Shown: in pieces, positions 9,964-19,892 of the stretch
How positions within the stretch are numbered: position 1 is the stretch's first letter
How the letters are laid out: each line of letters begins with the position of its first letter
Assembly (NCBI GenBank): GCA_963812605.1
Contig: CAWEWF010000005.1
Span: 288,001 to 352,000, forward strand
Source: an uncultured Verrucomicrobiae bacterium
GTDB lineage: Bacteria > Verrucomicrobiota > Verrucomicrobiia > Palsa-1439
Length of the DNA stretch: 64,000 bases
Direction: 5' to 3'
Notes under the pieces: model-generated
What the model was told of the DNA's origin: nothing
Seen by the model: the letters and a program-made list of their open reading frames with translations, nothing else
Database searches by the model: none
Program-made: the position numbers and the translations under genes

Positions 9964-10470
9964 ATGAAGGACAGATTGGAAAACACAAACCCTCTGGCTG
10001 AGTTGATTCGTTCGCAGCGGGAGGAGATTGAAACCTATCGTTGGATCGAAAGTGAGAAGGCAGGTCGGGACATCGGCTGGAAGCGCGCCAGCGAGGAATG
10101 GAAAAGGAGGCATTTAGTGGATTGGAAGCGCTCTCTTCGTGACCGGGGCATCTTGCATCCCCTGTTTGAAGTCCTTTGGTCCCAGCAGCAGGAAATCGAA
10201 AGTTACAAGTGGATTGAGAGCGAGAAGAGAGGTCATGACATCGGCTGGAAGCGCGCTGTGACGGAATGGCAGGACCGGTATTACGGCGAGTGGAAGACGC
10301 ACGTGATGCTCGGCAGTCCTGACCACCCTATCAACGCGAAGGGATTTACATCTTCTTCCGCGATCAGGAAGCCCAAACGTGCCTTCTCCGAGGAGCACCG
10401 CCAGAAACTCGCGCTGGCAATGCAAGCCTGGCATGGGAAGAGGAAATCCAAGGGCGCGGGCAGGATGTAA
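9964..10470 (+). CDS. Protein with two tandem DUF4032-like domains and a basic C-terminal tail
   Basis: EIExYxWIESEKxGxDIGWKRAxxEW twice; strong SD AAGGAGGAGG. Confidence 0.85.
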   Translation: MKDRLENTNPLAELIRSQREEIETYRWIESEKAGRDIGWKRASEEWKRRHLVDWKRSLRDRGILHPLFEVLWSQQQEIESYKWIESEKRGHDIGWKRAVTEWQDRYYGEWKTHVMLGSPDHPINAKGFTSSSAIRKPKRAFSEEHRQKLALAMQAWHGKRKSKGAGRM

Positions 10471-10511
10471 AGCCCGTGATCCTTATCCATCGCAGGGGTT
10501 GACTACCAGCC

Positions 10512-10970
10512 TTACGCCTTGCCGCCAAAGCTCACGTAATCGTCCAGATCGAGGAGATCGAACCAGCCAAGAATGTCTTCCCGATTCTTGCTGAGCTTCG
10601 CGAGCAAGCCGGTAAAGAACTCGCGCGTTTCCACATCGTTGGGGCCGCGCTGTTCGGCAAACGCGCTCCATTGCGCGATTTGCCAGGGTTGCGGCCTGGT
10701 GGTGGAGTTGGCGTTGATCCACTCCAGGATTTCACTGTCGCCCTTGCCGAGCGCCAACTGTTTCTTGAGGGCGTCACCTTTGATGCCCGCAAACTCCAGC
10801 ACCCGCTGGTCGAGCGGACAATTGAAATTATATTCCCCGTTCTTGCCGGCCAACAACGCCCGGCCTTTGTCGAGACAGCGGGGAAGGATGGCATAGCCGC
10901 CGAGGCGTACTCGCGGGCTGCGCGGCGGATGTTGTGTGAGATCAGGCGCATGGATGTTCTTCGATTTCAT
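10512..10970 (-). CDS. DUF5069 domain protein
   Basis: PPRSPRVRLGGYAILPRCLDKGRA..GEYNFNCPLD..FDLLDLDD. Confidence 0.85.
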   Translation of the reverse strand: MKSKNIHAPDLTQHPPRSPRVRLGGYAILPRCLDKGRALLAGKNGEYNFNCPLDQRVLEFAGIKGDALKKQLALGKGDSEILEWINANSTTRPQPWQIAQWSAFAEQRGPNDVETREFFTGLLAKLSKNREDILGWFDLLDLDDYVSFGGKA

Positions 10971-11027
10971 AATTCTACTCTCGTGCTTGGTGTGGGATGT
11001 GCGGTTACGGCAATCGGTTTCAGAAAG

Positions 11028-11060
11028 AAAAAGAGCGCCCCGAATTGGGACGCTCTTTTT
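11028..11060. terminator. Intrinsic (bidirectional-type) terminator downstream of the RRM gene
   Basis: AAAAAGAGCG-stem/loop-CGCTCTTTTT. Confidence 0.8.
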
Positions 11061-11084
11061 GTGAACCTTCGTTCGGCTGTCGAA

Positions 11085-11405
11085 TTAACGACGGCTGAAT
11101 TCACGCTTGCCGCCGCGACCGCCGCCACCACCGCCGAAGTCGCCACGAGGACGCTCTTCACGGGGTTTGGCTTCGTTGACGGTCAACGCGCGACCGTCCA
11201 ATTCCTTGCCGTTGAAATCGGTGATGGCCTTGGTGGCCTCTTCCTGCGTGCCCATCTGGACGAACGCAAATCCGCGGGACTTGCCCGTGAACTTATCCAT
11301 GATGAGTTCGCAGCTGCTGACGTTACCGGCCTGCTTGAACAGGTCGAGGATGTCGCCTTCAGTGGTATTGAACGATAGGTTGCCTACGAATAGCTTGGTA
11401 GCCAT
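11085..11405 (-). CDS. RRM RNA-binding protein with Gly-rich tail
   Basis: RNP2 KLFVGNL, RNP1 RGFAFV, LTVNEAKPRE. Confidence 0.95.
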   Translation of the reverse strand: MATKLFVGNLSFNTTEGDILDLFKQAGNVSSCELIMDKFTGKSRGFAFVQMGTQEEATKAITDFNGKELDGRALTVNEAKPREERPRGDFGGGGGGRGGKREFSRR

Positions 11406-11439
11406 TGAGTTGTTTATTCTTTCTGCTGCGGAAGGTGGT

Positions 11440-11482
11440 CTCAGTGACTGTTCCCGTTTTCGGGTTTCGGACTGTCACCGAG
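11440..11482 (-). promoter_or_regulatory. Structured 5' leader of the RRM gene
   Basis: On the mRNA strand CUCGGUGAC/GUCACUGAG stem (one G-U) encloses a CCCG-AAAA-CGGG hairpin. Confidence 0.5.
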
Positions 11483-11652
11483 CTACGTGGCCTGACTGAC
11501 AATCTACCAATCTCACTGCGGACTGCATCTCTCTGCTAGCGACGGAACGATACACCAAGGCGCAGCGATTGCAAGAACAACTTACAGCCAGCTCTGGAAA
11601 CCGCGAAATGCGGTGCTGCAAGATATTGTGGCTGTGAGGGTAACATCTTCGC

Positions 11653-12303
11653 TCACGAGGGTTGCGTAGCGGGTAGCCAACCGAGACTCTCAAAGCGCAG
11701 GTACAACTCGCGGCAGGCCCACGCGTCTGTCGCGGCGTAGAGTTGCTGCTTCGGCGAAAGGGTCGGCTGCGACCAATTCGACGTTTGCGGGCCTTTCGTG
11801 ATGCGACCGCCAAGGAACAATCCCGTCAGGTTGCGCAGACCGGTTTGCGCCATCCCACGGCGCTTGGCGATATCGCCGAGATCGACCACATTCGCGGGTG
11901 TGAACGTAAATAGCTTTTGCAGTTCCAAGAGATCGCGCCCTAAAGCCACACCGGCCTTGATGATCTGTGCGTTCCCGAACACTTCCGCGAGCGGCTGCGA
12001 GAAATCCTGCCGTGCGAGCGGAAACAGGTGCACGGCGTGTCCCGTCGCGAGCTGCACGAGGCTGGGAGCATGGAGCTGACCTTTGCGAAACGTTGGACGC
12101 GTCTCTGTATCGAAGCCCACCACGCGCTCGGAGCGGATCTCCTGCAAGGCGCGACGCAGACCGTCTTCCGTTTCAATGAAATGAATCGCGCCGCGATATC
12201 GCACAATCGGGAGCTGCATCAATTCCTCGTGCGGAATCGTGCGGCGCGACGCAGGCTCGTCGGTCTTGGTAACCGGAGGATGTTTGTCGTCGGTCATCGG
12301 CAA
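11653..12303 (-). CDS. 3'-5' exonuclease (DEDDy, RNase D/WRN-like)
   Basis: VGFDTET, LVQLAT, SNWSQPTLS..YAATDAW. Confidence 0.9.
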   Translation of the reverse strand: MPMTDDKHPPVTKTDEPASRRTIPHEELMQLPIVRYRGAIHFIETEDGLRRALQEIRSERVVGFDTETRPTFRKGQLHAPSLVQLATGHAVHLFPLARQDFSQPLAEVFGNAQIIKAGVALGRDLLELQKLFTFTPANVVDLGDIAKRRGMAQTGLRNLTGLFLGGRITKGPQTSNWSQPTLSPKQQLYAATDAWACRELYLRFESLGWLPATQPS

Positions 12304-12370
12304 GGCGTCACGTTACTTCATGCAACCGACAAGCGTCGAGCGGATTTCCAAAAATGGCGGTCACGGTTGC

Positions 12371-12673
12371 CTAAAAGCGGCCCTCCCAGTGCCGGTCGTC
12401 CTGCTTGGTGTGGGTCACCGCAAGAATGGTGATCACATCGTCATCGACCATGAAGACGATGCGGTAAGGGAAGCGATGTGCCAGCACCCACCGCACGCGA
12501 TATCTTGTGTGGCGAATCCGGTACAGAAGGGGGTTTACTTGAAGCGATCGGACATTCCGCCGGAGCTCTTCGACAAGCTTTGCACTCAAGCCCGGTTGCT
12601 GGCGTTCGTACCAATCGACCGCTTTGAGAATGTCTGTGGTAACTTCGGGACGGGCGCTGAGCCGGTACGTCAT
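12371..12673 (-). CDS. Type II TA toxin, RelE/ParE family
   Basis: DI..AVDWYERQQPGL, RFPYRIVF, ILAVTH; ATGA-coupled to the antitoxin. Confidence 0.85.
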   Translation of the reverse strand: MTYRLSARPEVTTDILKAVDWYERQQPGLSAKLVEELRRNVRSLQVNPLLYRIRHTRYRVRWVLAHRFPYRIVFMVDDDVITILAVTHTKQDDRHWEGRF

Positions 12674-12903
12674 TTGCCGAAGCGAGCGATTAGTTTCGCT
12701 TCAACATCTTCCCACGGAACGGCCGCCTCAGGATTCTGACGGTGCGCTTCGAGACGGGATTCGATCAGACGTTGTTCCTCGTCAGTAAGATCGGCGGCTT
12801 CAAACCAACCCTCTCCTTCAAGCTGCAAAAGTCTCTCGAGGATCTCCTGACGCTCCTTGGCGCTGAGGGTGGGCAATACCTGTAGGATTTCCGTTTTGCT
12901 CAT
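12670..12903 (-). CDS. Putative addiction-module antitoxin (TIGR02574-like)
   Basis: LSAKER..LL, LTDEEQRLIESRL..NP..PWEDV; TTGCAA-N17-TACTTT promoter at 12938-12910. Confidence 0.82.
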   Translation of the reverse strand: MSKTEILQVLPTLSAKERQEILERLLQLEGEGWFEAADLTDEEQRLIESRLEAHRQNPEAAVPWEDVEAKLIARFGK

Positions 12904-12954
12904 GGGTACAAAGTAGGTGAAAACCGACTGATTTGCAATGCACAGTGTTCGCGA

Positions 12955-13837
12955 TCATTTCATCAGCTTGACGAGTGTCTCGCCCATTTCGGCGGGGGTC
13001 TTGGCGATGGCGATGCCACAGGCTTCGAGGGCTTTGATCTTGTCCGCGGCGGAACCGCTACCGCCGCTGATGATCGCGCCCGCGTGACCCATGCGACGGC
13101 CTTTGGGAGCGGTCGCGCCCGCGATGAAGGCGGCGACAGGCTTGGTGAAGTGTTCCTTGATCCACAACGCCGCTTCTTCCTCCGCGTTGCCGCCGATTTC
13201 GCCGATAACGATGACGGCTTCCGTCTGCGGGTCGGTTTCAAACATTTCCAGCAGATCGATGAAGTCGAGACCCTTGACGGGATCGCCGCCGATCCCGATG
13301 CAGGTGGACTGGCCGATGCCGCGCGAACTGAGTTGCCACACCGCTTCATACGTGAGCGTGCCGCTGCGCGAGATCACGCCGACCGGGCCGGTTTTGTGGA
13401 TATAGCCCGGGCATGATGCCGATTTTGCAGGCTCCCGGTGTAATGATACCGGGGCAATTCGGGCCAATGAGTTTCACGTCCGTGCCTTGCAACGCGCGTT
13501 TCACGCGCACCATGTCGATCACGGGAATGCCCTCAGTAATTGCGATGATCAACGGAATGCCCGCGTCCGCTGCCTCGAGAATCGCGTCGGCTGCAAACGG
13601 CGCGGGCACAAAGATACAAGAGACATTCGCTGCCGTCTCGCGCACGGCCTCGCTGACAGTGTTGAAAACGGGAATCTTCTGCAAGTCGAGTTCAATGGTT
13701 TCCCCGCCACGGCCCGGCGTGACGCCGCCAACGAGTTTGGTCCCGTACTTGAGACATTGTTCCGCGTGGAATTTGCCCGCGGTGCCGGTGATGCCCTGGA
13801 CGATCAGCCGCGTATTCTGGTCGACCAGAATGCTCAT
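12955..13837 (-). CDS. sucD: Succinyl-CoA synthetase alpha subunit (frameshift near 13410)
   Basis: QGITG, GPNCPG in one frame; [22 protein letters not shown] in the next. Confidence 0.95.
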
Positions 13838-14037
13838 GATCGCACCGTGGTGTGTTTCTCATGTACGACGGCCATCAGGCCGCCGATGCGAAAGCTGGAG
13901 CTTTTCCATTGGAAGGTCTCGACGGAAGTGTCGTGCAGCGCTTCCTCGTACTCCTGCAGAAACCCGTCGACTTCGTTATCGGGGATATCAACCACCAATG
14001 CGTGCTGGACGTTTTCGTAGTAAAGATAGAGTTTCAT
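13834..14037 (-). CDS. Small acidic hypothetical protein
   Basis: 67 aa, ATGA overlap with the sucD start. Confidence 0.65.
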   Translation of the reverse strand: MKLYLYYENVQHALVVDIPDNEVDGFLQEYEEALHDTSVETFQWKSSSFRIGGLMAVVHEKHTTVRS

Positions 14038-14039
14038 GT

Positions 14040-14393
14040 TCAGGACTTCCGCTTGTGAATGATAATTTTATTGCCATCGGGGTCGCCAATCATCGCGAAC
14101 CGGCACACAGGCGTATCCATTATTTCCATCAGGACCATCACATTCCGCGCCTTCAACCGTGACAGCTCCTCATCGAGATTGTCGACTTCGAACCCGACTG
14201 TTGTTCCTTGAGCCGAGGGCTCCCAGCCAGGATAGGAACCGATTCCCAAGGTACCCGCGCCGATATCGTATTCGATCCACTTGCCGCCCGCAGACTCCAT
14301 GGTTTTCTTGAGTCCAAGAACGTCCTCATAGAAAGCGCGAGCGCGCGCCATGTCGGTCACGGGAATGCCGGTAAATGCGATCTCAGTAATCAT
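14040..14393 (-). CDS. VOC/glyoxalase family protein
   Basis: [29 protein letters not shown]. Confidence 0.9.
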   Translation of the reverse strand: MITEIAFTGIPVTDMARARAFYEDVLGLKKTMESAGGKWIEYDIGAGTLGIGSYPGWEPSAQGTTVGFEVDNLDEELSRLKARNVMVLMEIMDTPVCRFAMIGDPDGNKIIIHKRKS

Positions 14394-14396
14394 GGT

Positions 14397-15557
14397 TCAC
14401 TTCGCGGCCTGGACGATTTTCTGCGCGGCATCGGCCATCGAGTCCGCGGGAATGATGGCGAGGCCGCTCTCTTTCAAAATCTTTTTACCCAATTCGACGT
14501 TGGTGCCCTCGAGGCGGACGACCAGCGGCACGCTGACGTTTACCTGCTTGACGGCGGTGAGAATGCCATTGGCGATCACGTCGCATTTCATGATGCCGCC
14601 GAAGATATTGACGAGGATGCCTTTGACGTTCTTGTCGGAAACCAGGATCTTGAAGGCCTCGGTGACCTGTTCGGTGGTCGCCCCGCCGCCGACATCGAGG
14701 AAGTTGGCCGGCGAACCGCCGTAGTACTTGATGATGTCCATCGTGGCCATTGCGAGGCCGGCGCCGTTCACCATGCAGGCGATATTGCCGTCGAGACCGA
14801 TGTAATTGAGGCCGAACTTGCTTGCCTCGACTTCGCGCGCGTCTTCCTCATGGATATCGCGCATGGCGAGGATGTCCTTGTGGCGAAAGAGAGCATTATC
14901 GTCGAAATTCATCTTGGCATCGAGCGCCATCACGCGGTCATGCTGGTCGATGATCAGCGGATTGATCTCGATGAGCGATGCGTCCGTTTCGACGAAGGCG
15001 CGATAGACCCCCAGGATGAGATTCACGGTGGCCTGTAAATGATTGCCGCCGAGGCCGAGCGCATAGGCAATCTTGCGGGCCTGGTAGGGCTGCATGCCGA
15101 CCGCGGGATCGACAGGTTCCTTGAGAATTTTCTCCGGTGTCTGCGCGGCGACGGCCTCGATATCCATCCCGCCTTCCGTGCTGGCAAGGAAAGACGGGCG
15201 CGCAATGGCGCGGTCGATCAAAATGCTCAGGTAAAGTTCGCGTTTCGGAATGCTGCCTGCTTCGATGAGCACTTTGCGGACTTCTTTACCTCGCGGACCT
15301 GTTTGGTGCGTGACCAGAATCTTGCCGATGAGTTCGCGCGTGGCCTTCAGCACTTCCTCGGGCGTTTTGACGACCTTGATGCCGCCGGCCTTGCCGCGGC
15401 CGCCGGCGTGGATTTGCGATTTCACGGCAAAAACATCCGCCTTCAGCGAGCGCGCGATTTTCTCGGCTTCCTCCCGCGCGAAAGCCACCGCGCCTTCGGG
15501 CACGGGCACGCCGAAACGACGAAGGATTTCCTTGGCCTGGTATTCGTGGATATTCAT
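14397..15557 (-). CDS. sucC: Succinyl-CoA synthetase beta subunit
   Basis: [39 protein letters not shown]. Confidence 0.97.
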   Translation of the reverse strand: MNIHEYQAKEILRRFGVPVPEGAVAFAREEAEKIARSLKADVFAVKSQIHAGGRGKAGGIKVVKTPEEVLKATRELIGKILVTHQTGPRGKEVRKVLIEAGSIPKRELYLSILIDRAIARPSFLASTEGGMDIEAVAAQTPEKILKEPVDPAVGMQPYQARKIAYALGLGGNHLQATVNLILGVYRAFVETDASLIEINPLIIDQHDRVMALDAKMNFDDNALFRHKDILAMRDIHEEDAREVEASKFGLNYIGLDGNIACMVNGAGLAMATMDIIKYYGGSPANFLDVGGGATTEQVTEAFKILVSDKNVKGILVNIFGGIMKCDVIANGILTAVKQVNVSVPLVVRLEGTNVELGKKILKESGLAIIPADSMADAAQKIVQAAK

Positions 15558-15575
15558 GAAGTTATCGGCTCCGGG

Positions 15576-16697
15576 TCAGCGCTGGTCGATGGGCACGACC
15601 TTCAACCCCTCCGGGCCCGTGTACTCGCTGAGGGGACGGATGAGGCGATTGTCGGCCAATTGCTCCAGCACATGTGCCGTCCAGCCCGCCATGCGCGCGA
15701 TGGCGAAGATCGGCGTGAAGAGGTCGGTCGGGATGCCGAGGCTGTAGTAGACCGTGGCGGAGTAGAAATCGACATTGGCATTGAGATTTTTTTCCTGCTT
15801 CATGATCGAGGCGATGCGTTCGCTCATGCGCAGCCATTTCGGCTCGCCGACTTTCGCGGAAAGTTGTTCCGCCAGGCGCTTTAAGTGCGGCGCGCGCGGG
15901 TCGAGCGTCTTGTAAACGCGATGACCGATGCCCATGATACGCTTCTTATTGGCCAACGCGCTGCGAACATAGTCGTCCACCCGGCTTTCGTCGCCGATTT
16001 CCTGGAGCATGTGAATCACGCCCTCGTTGGCGCCGCCATGCAGCGGACCCTTCAGGGTGCCGATGGCACTGGTGATCGCGGAATACATATCCGACAGAGT
16101 GGCGATGGTCACGCGCGCGGAAAATGTCGAGGCGTTGAAGGCGTGCTCGGCGTGCAGCACGAACGCCATGTCCATCGTCGCGGCAGCTTCGTCGCTCGGG
16201 GGTTCGCCATTGAGCATGTTGAGAAAGTTGGCCGCGGAATTCAGCTTGTGCGACGGCGCGACCGGCGGTTTGCCGGAGCGGATGCGATGGAAATAGGCCG
16301 TGATGACCGGCAACTGCGCCGTCAACTGCACGGCCTTGCGCCGATTCGCTTGTGGCGTGTTGAGGTCGGCATCGGGATCGAGGGTGCCGAGCATGGAGAC
16401 CGCCGTGCGCAGGACGTGCATGGGCGGCGCGTTCCTGGGAAGCAGATGCAGCAAATCGACGACTGCCTTCGGCAGCGGCCGGGCAGCGATCAATTCGCCT
16501 TCCAACTGCTCCAGTTCCTTGCGATTGGGAAGGCGACCTTCCCAGAGGAGATGGATGACTTCCTCGAAACAGACCTTTCCCGCCAGTTCGTTGATGTCGT
16601 ACCCGTAATAAATGAGCTGGCCGATGTCCCCGCGCACGTCGCCGATACGGGTCTGGGCCACCGCAATTCCTTCGAGACCTTTTGTGACAATAGGCAT
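15576..16697 (-). CDS. gltA: Citrate synthase (short type)
   Basis: KGLEG, HAEHAFNASTF, GPLHGGAN, GIGHRVY, NVDFYS. Confidence 0.92.
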   Translation of the reverse strand: MPIVTKGLEGIAVAQTRIGDVRGDIGQLIYYGYDINELAGKVCFEEVIHLLWEGRLPNRKELEQLEGELIAARPLPKAVVDLLHLLPRNAPPMHVLRTAVSMLGTLDPDADLNTPQANRRKAVQLTAQLPVITAYFHRIRSGKPPVAPSHKLNSAANFLNMLNGEPPSDEAAATMDMAFVLHAEHAFNASTFSARVTIATLSDMYSAITSAIGTLKGPLHGGANEGVIHMLQEIGDESRVDDYVRSALANKKRIMGIGHRVYKTLDPRAPHLKRLAEQLSAKVGEPKWLRMSERIASIMKQEKNLNANVDFYSATVYYSLGIPTDLFTPIFAIARMAGWTAHVLEQLADNRLIRPLSEYTGPEGLKVVPIDQR

Positions 16698-16779
16698 GTA
16701 TTTTCCTTGTCCAGTGCGATTGAACCGACTCGCGGAGGGCGCCACGGATTGACAGCCACACTTCTCGCGCCGCGCAGTT

Positions 16780-16808
16780 AATCTATGGACGCGCGCCCGT
16801 AGCGTCAA
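16780..16808 (-). promoter_or_regulatory. sigma70-type promoter of the gltA-sucC-sucD operon
   Basis: TTGACG-N17-TAGATT. Confidence 0.6.
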
Positions 16809-16893
16809 GGAAAAGTGGAATTCATTGCGCAACGATGGACGAGCCCTACGGCATATCCATTTGCCTTGAAATTGCGCGCCGTTTTATGCGACG

Positions 16894-17943
16894 TTGCGCG
16901 GGGAAGGAACAACCTTTTTGCGCTTGGCTGACAGATCATTTTCATGGAGCATTTTTGTTCTCGGGCTGGTCTGCGCGAGCGCGGCGTTCGCCCAGCCGAC
17001 GACGCTGAAGGCCTATCGCTACGGCAACACCTACTATATCGCCGCCGGCGATGTGGCGTATTACTACGGGCTCGGGCCGGAGGCCCGCGGCGTGGTCAAT
17101 CGCGCCGAATACAAGACGGGTTTCGCGCAACTCGAAATCGAAGTTGACCGCCGCGACATCCTGGTCAATGGCGTGAACCACTGGCTCTCCACGCCGATTC
17201 TGGCCACGCGCGGCAAGCTCTGGATATCCGAGATCGACGTTTTGAAGACCCTCGATCCCGTGCTGCAGCCCGAGCGGTTGCGAAAACCCGGCAGGTCGGT
17301 CCGCACCATTGTGATCGATCCGGGACATGGCGGCAGCGATCGCGGGACGCGCGGGCGGTCAAGTTTCGAGAAGGAGATGACCCTCGACCTGGCGAAGCGC
17401 CTCGAGCGCAACCTGGCCGGCAGCGGCGTCCGGATCTTGCTGACGCGCACGGTCGACAAGACCGTGGCGCTGGAAGACCGGGTGGCGTTTGCGAAGGCGA
17501 AGGGAGCCGACCTGTTCGTGAGCCTTCATTTTAATTCAGGCGGCAGCGCCGAGGGAATTGAGACGTACTGCACACCTCCTGCCGGGGCGACGTCAACGGC
17601 GGACTCTCGCGCGGATAGCGGCGACCGCGACGCGGTGCCAAGCAATCGCTTTGACGACCAGAACGTGTGGCTGGCGCATTGCGCGCAGAAAGCGGCGTTG
17701 CGGGCGACACGGGCGGTGGATCGAGGTGTGCGGCGGGCACGGTTCTATGTGTTGCGGTATGCGACTTGTCCGTCGATTTTGATTGAGGCCGGATTTTTGT
17801 CGAACCCCGCCGAGGAGCGGCGCATCCTGCAGGGCGATTATCGTGAGATGCTGGCAAAAGGCATTGCGGGTGGCATCTTGACGTACAAGAGAACGTTGGA
17901 AACGCCCCCGGGGGTTGTTGGCGCATCGGATCGAATCAAATGA
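16894..17943 (+). CDS. N-acetylmuramoyl-L-alanine amidase (Amidase_3); start uncertain
   Basis: IVIDPGHGG, EK, FVSLHFN, ILIEAGFLSN; signal-like N-terminus. Confidence 0.9.
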   Translation: MRGEGTTFLRLADRSFSWSIFVLGLVCASAAFAQPTTLKAYRYGNTYYIAAGDVAYYYGLGPEARGVVNRAEYKTGFAQLEIEVDRRDILVNGVNHWLSTPILATRGKLWISEIDVLKTLDPVLQPERLRKPGRSVRTIVIDPGHGGSDRGTRGRSSFEKEMTLDLAKRLERNLAGSGVRILLTRTVDKTVALEDRVAFAKAKGADLFVSLHFNSGGSAEGIETYCTPPAGATSTADSRADSGDRDAVPSNRFDDQNVWLAHCAQKAALRATRAVDRGVRRARFYVLRYATCPSILIEAGFLSNPAEERRILQGDYREMLAKGIAGGILTYKRTLETPPGVVGASDRIK

Positions 17944-18431
17944 AAATGATCACCTTCGCTGTTGGCCTCGCAGTATTCGCCTCCGCCTGCAATTACAGCC
18001 ACGTCGGGCCCGCCAGCACGACATTCCACCGGCTGGCGCCGCCCTTGGGCGAGGCTCCAAATGAAACGGCGGGCGGCCCGATCGTCTTACGGCTCACCCG
18101 CCACCTCGATACGGTGACCCACGCGCCCGACGTTGACGAAGATCAACTTCTTATCCTTACGGTACAGGACTTTCGCATTGGCCAGAAACTCAAGATCCCT
18201 TCGGAAAATGTGACACCTGAATTCACCGTCACCCGTTTTGGGCCCGGCTCGTTGGGAGACACCTTCGTCGGCTACCTGATCGTGAGAAAAGTCAGCGCGA
18301 CCAAGGTGGATGCGTCGTTGCACCTCGACGTGACCGCCCACACCCGATCTGGTTCCTACACGCAAACCGCCAAATTCCATGGTAACTACAGTTTTGTGTA
18401 TCGGACCTCTGACGACGATTCGGCGCCATGA
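17940..18431 (+). CDS. Hypothetical lipoprotein
   Basis: Hydrophobic leader with ASA-C lipobox; ATGA-coupled on both sides. Confidence 0.7.
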   Translation: MKMITFAVGLAVFASACNYSHVGPASTTFHRLAPPLGEAPNETAGGPIVLRLTRHLDTVTHAPDVDEDQLLILTVQDFRIGQKLKIPSENVTPEFTVTRFGPGSLGDTFVGYLIVRKVSATKVDASLHLDVTAHTRSGSYTQTAKFHGNYSFVYRTSDDDSAP

Positions 18432-18823
18432 AAGAATTGGTAATCAAGACCAGTCGTCACACCGAGTTCGTGGAAATCACGGACCGGGTACAAGGCGTGG
18501 TGGATGACGCGGGTGTAAAAGAGGGTGTTTGCATTTGTTTCGTGCCGCACACGACCGCCGGTATCACCATCAACGAAAACGCCGACCCGGATGTCATGAC
18601 CGACATGATTTACGCGCTCGACCGGGTCGTTCCATGGAAAGATCCCCAGTACCGGCACGGCGAGGGCAACACGGCGGCGCATGTGAAATCGAGCATGATG
18701 GGACACAGCGCGCACCTGCTCGTGCGCGACGGAAAGCTGCAATTCGGCACGTGGCAGGGGATTTATCTCTGCGAGTTCGACGGTCCGCGTTTCCGCAAGG
18801 TGTGGGTGTCAGTCATCGGATAA
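18428..18823 (+). CDS. yjbQ: YjbQ/UPF0047 family protein
   Basis: PHTTAGITINENADPDV, HGEGN..AHVKSS, GTWQGIYLCEFDGPR. Confidence 0.92.
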   Translation: MKELVIKTSRHTEFVEITDRVQGVVDDAGVKEGVCICFVPHTTAGITINENADPDVMTDMIYALDRVVPWKDPQYRHGEGNTAAHVKSSMMGHSAHLLVRDGKLQFGTWQGIYLCEFDGPRFRKVWVSVIG

Positions 18824-18990
18824 GCTTATGATTGGTCTCGTTGACGATCAATCTCGCCGCGTAGACCGTAACCACACTTCTCAGCCGCAGCGGAACAACA
18901 CTCGGTTCGGGCAACGCGAGGCTGATGTCGGCGGGACTACGACGGTGCGAATAAACGTCCTCTTTATGCGGCCCCGTAATCCGGTGTGAT

Positions 18991-19554
18991 CTAGTGGATG
19001 TCCGCCTCGCCGTTGCCGTTGGTGCCGTTGTGGACTGCGCCGCCAATGCCGGCAAAGTCCTGGAGAAGCTCGTGCGCGACGCGGGCGATCTTTTTGCGGT
19101 GCTTGATCACCGCCGGGTGGGTGACACCGAGTTCGCGGGCAGTCTGGCGGACGCCGCAACCCTTCATCAGGAGGAAGAGCACTTGCCGCTGCCTGCCCGA
19201 AAGCAGCGGGAGGATGAGATTGGCGATGTCATTGGTGATCGGTTCGCCCTGGATTTCGATCGGACCGATCGAGGGGCAAGGAGCAAGCGCGCCATTGGCG
19301 CAGCGCTCGTCGTCATGCGGAGCTTCTTCGGCGGGCCCGGATGAAACGATACCGCAGCCATGTTTAAGAAGGTAGTTACGCGCGTGCAATTCACAGTTCC
19401 TGAGATACCAGCTCGCAGTCTGCCCGGGCGCGGCAGTCTGAATGCGGACCAGGTGCAGAAACATCTCCTGCATCAGGTCCTTTTGCAGATCCAGATTCCC
19501 CGCCAGCTCCGAGGCGATCCCCTGCAACTGTTTTACGATCACGTTCTCAATCAT
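18991..19554 (-). CDS. sigma-70 region 2/4-like (ECF-like) HTH protein
   Basis: DLMQEMFLHL (region 2-like); LSGRQRQVL..G..VRQTARELGVT (HTH). Confidence 0.7.
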   Translation of the reverse strand: MIENVIVKQLQGIASELAGNLDLQKDLMQEMFLHLVRIQTAAPGQTASWYLRNCELHARNYLLKHGCGIVSSGPAEEAPHDDERCANGALAPCPSIGPIEIQGEPITNDIANLILPLLSGRQRQVLFLLMKGCGVRQTARELGVTHPAVIKHRKKIARVAHELLQDFAGIGGAVHNGTNGNGEADIH

Positions 19555-19892
19555 ATGATAACACCCGTCCCTTCTAACGTTTCAAGTTAGGCACAACAAC
19601 AGGCTAGACGTGACCTGTGTTCGACCATCACCGCCACGACATACTTCCTTAGCCACGATCTAATTAGCGACCCACATGCCAATAAAACAAGGACTTTGGA
19701 GGCATCGGTAAGCAGCCCGTGCAAGTGATAGATGATGTGGATGTTATAGAACTGCGGGACGACCCAATTACCTGCGAAGTCCTCGTCGAGGTCCAAAACA
19801 GGGGTGGCGAGTGTTCAGCAGGGTTTACATGGCCGCACAGTTCACCTGAACACACTGAGTGCTTGAGGTAACCACCTGGCGGCAAGGTTTTG

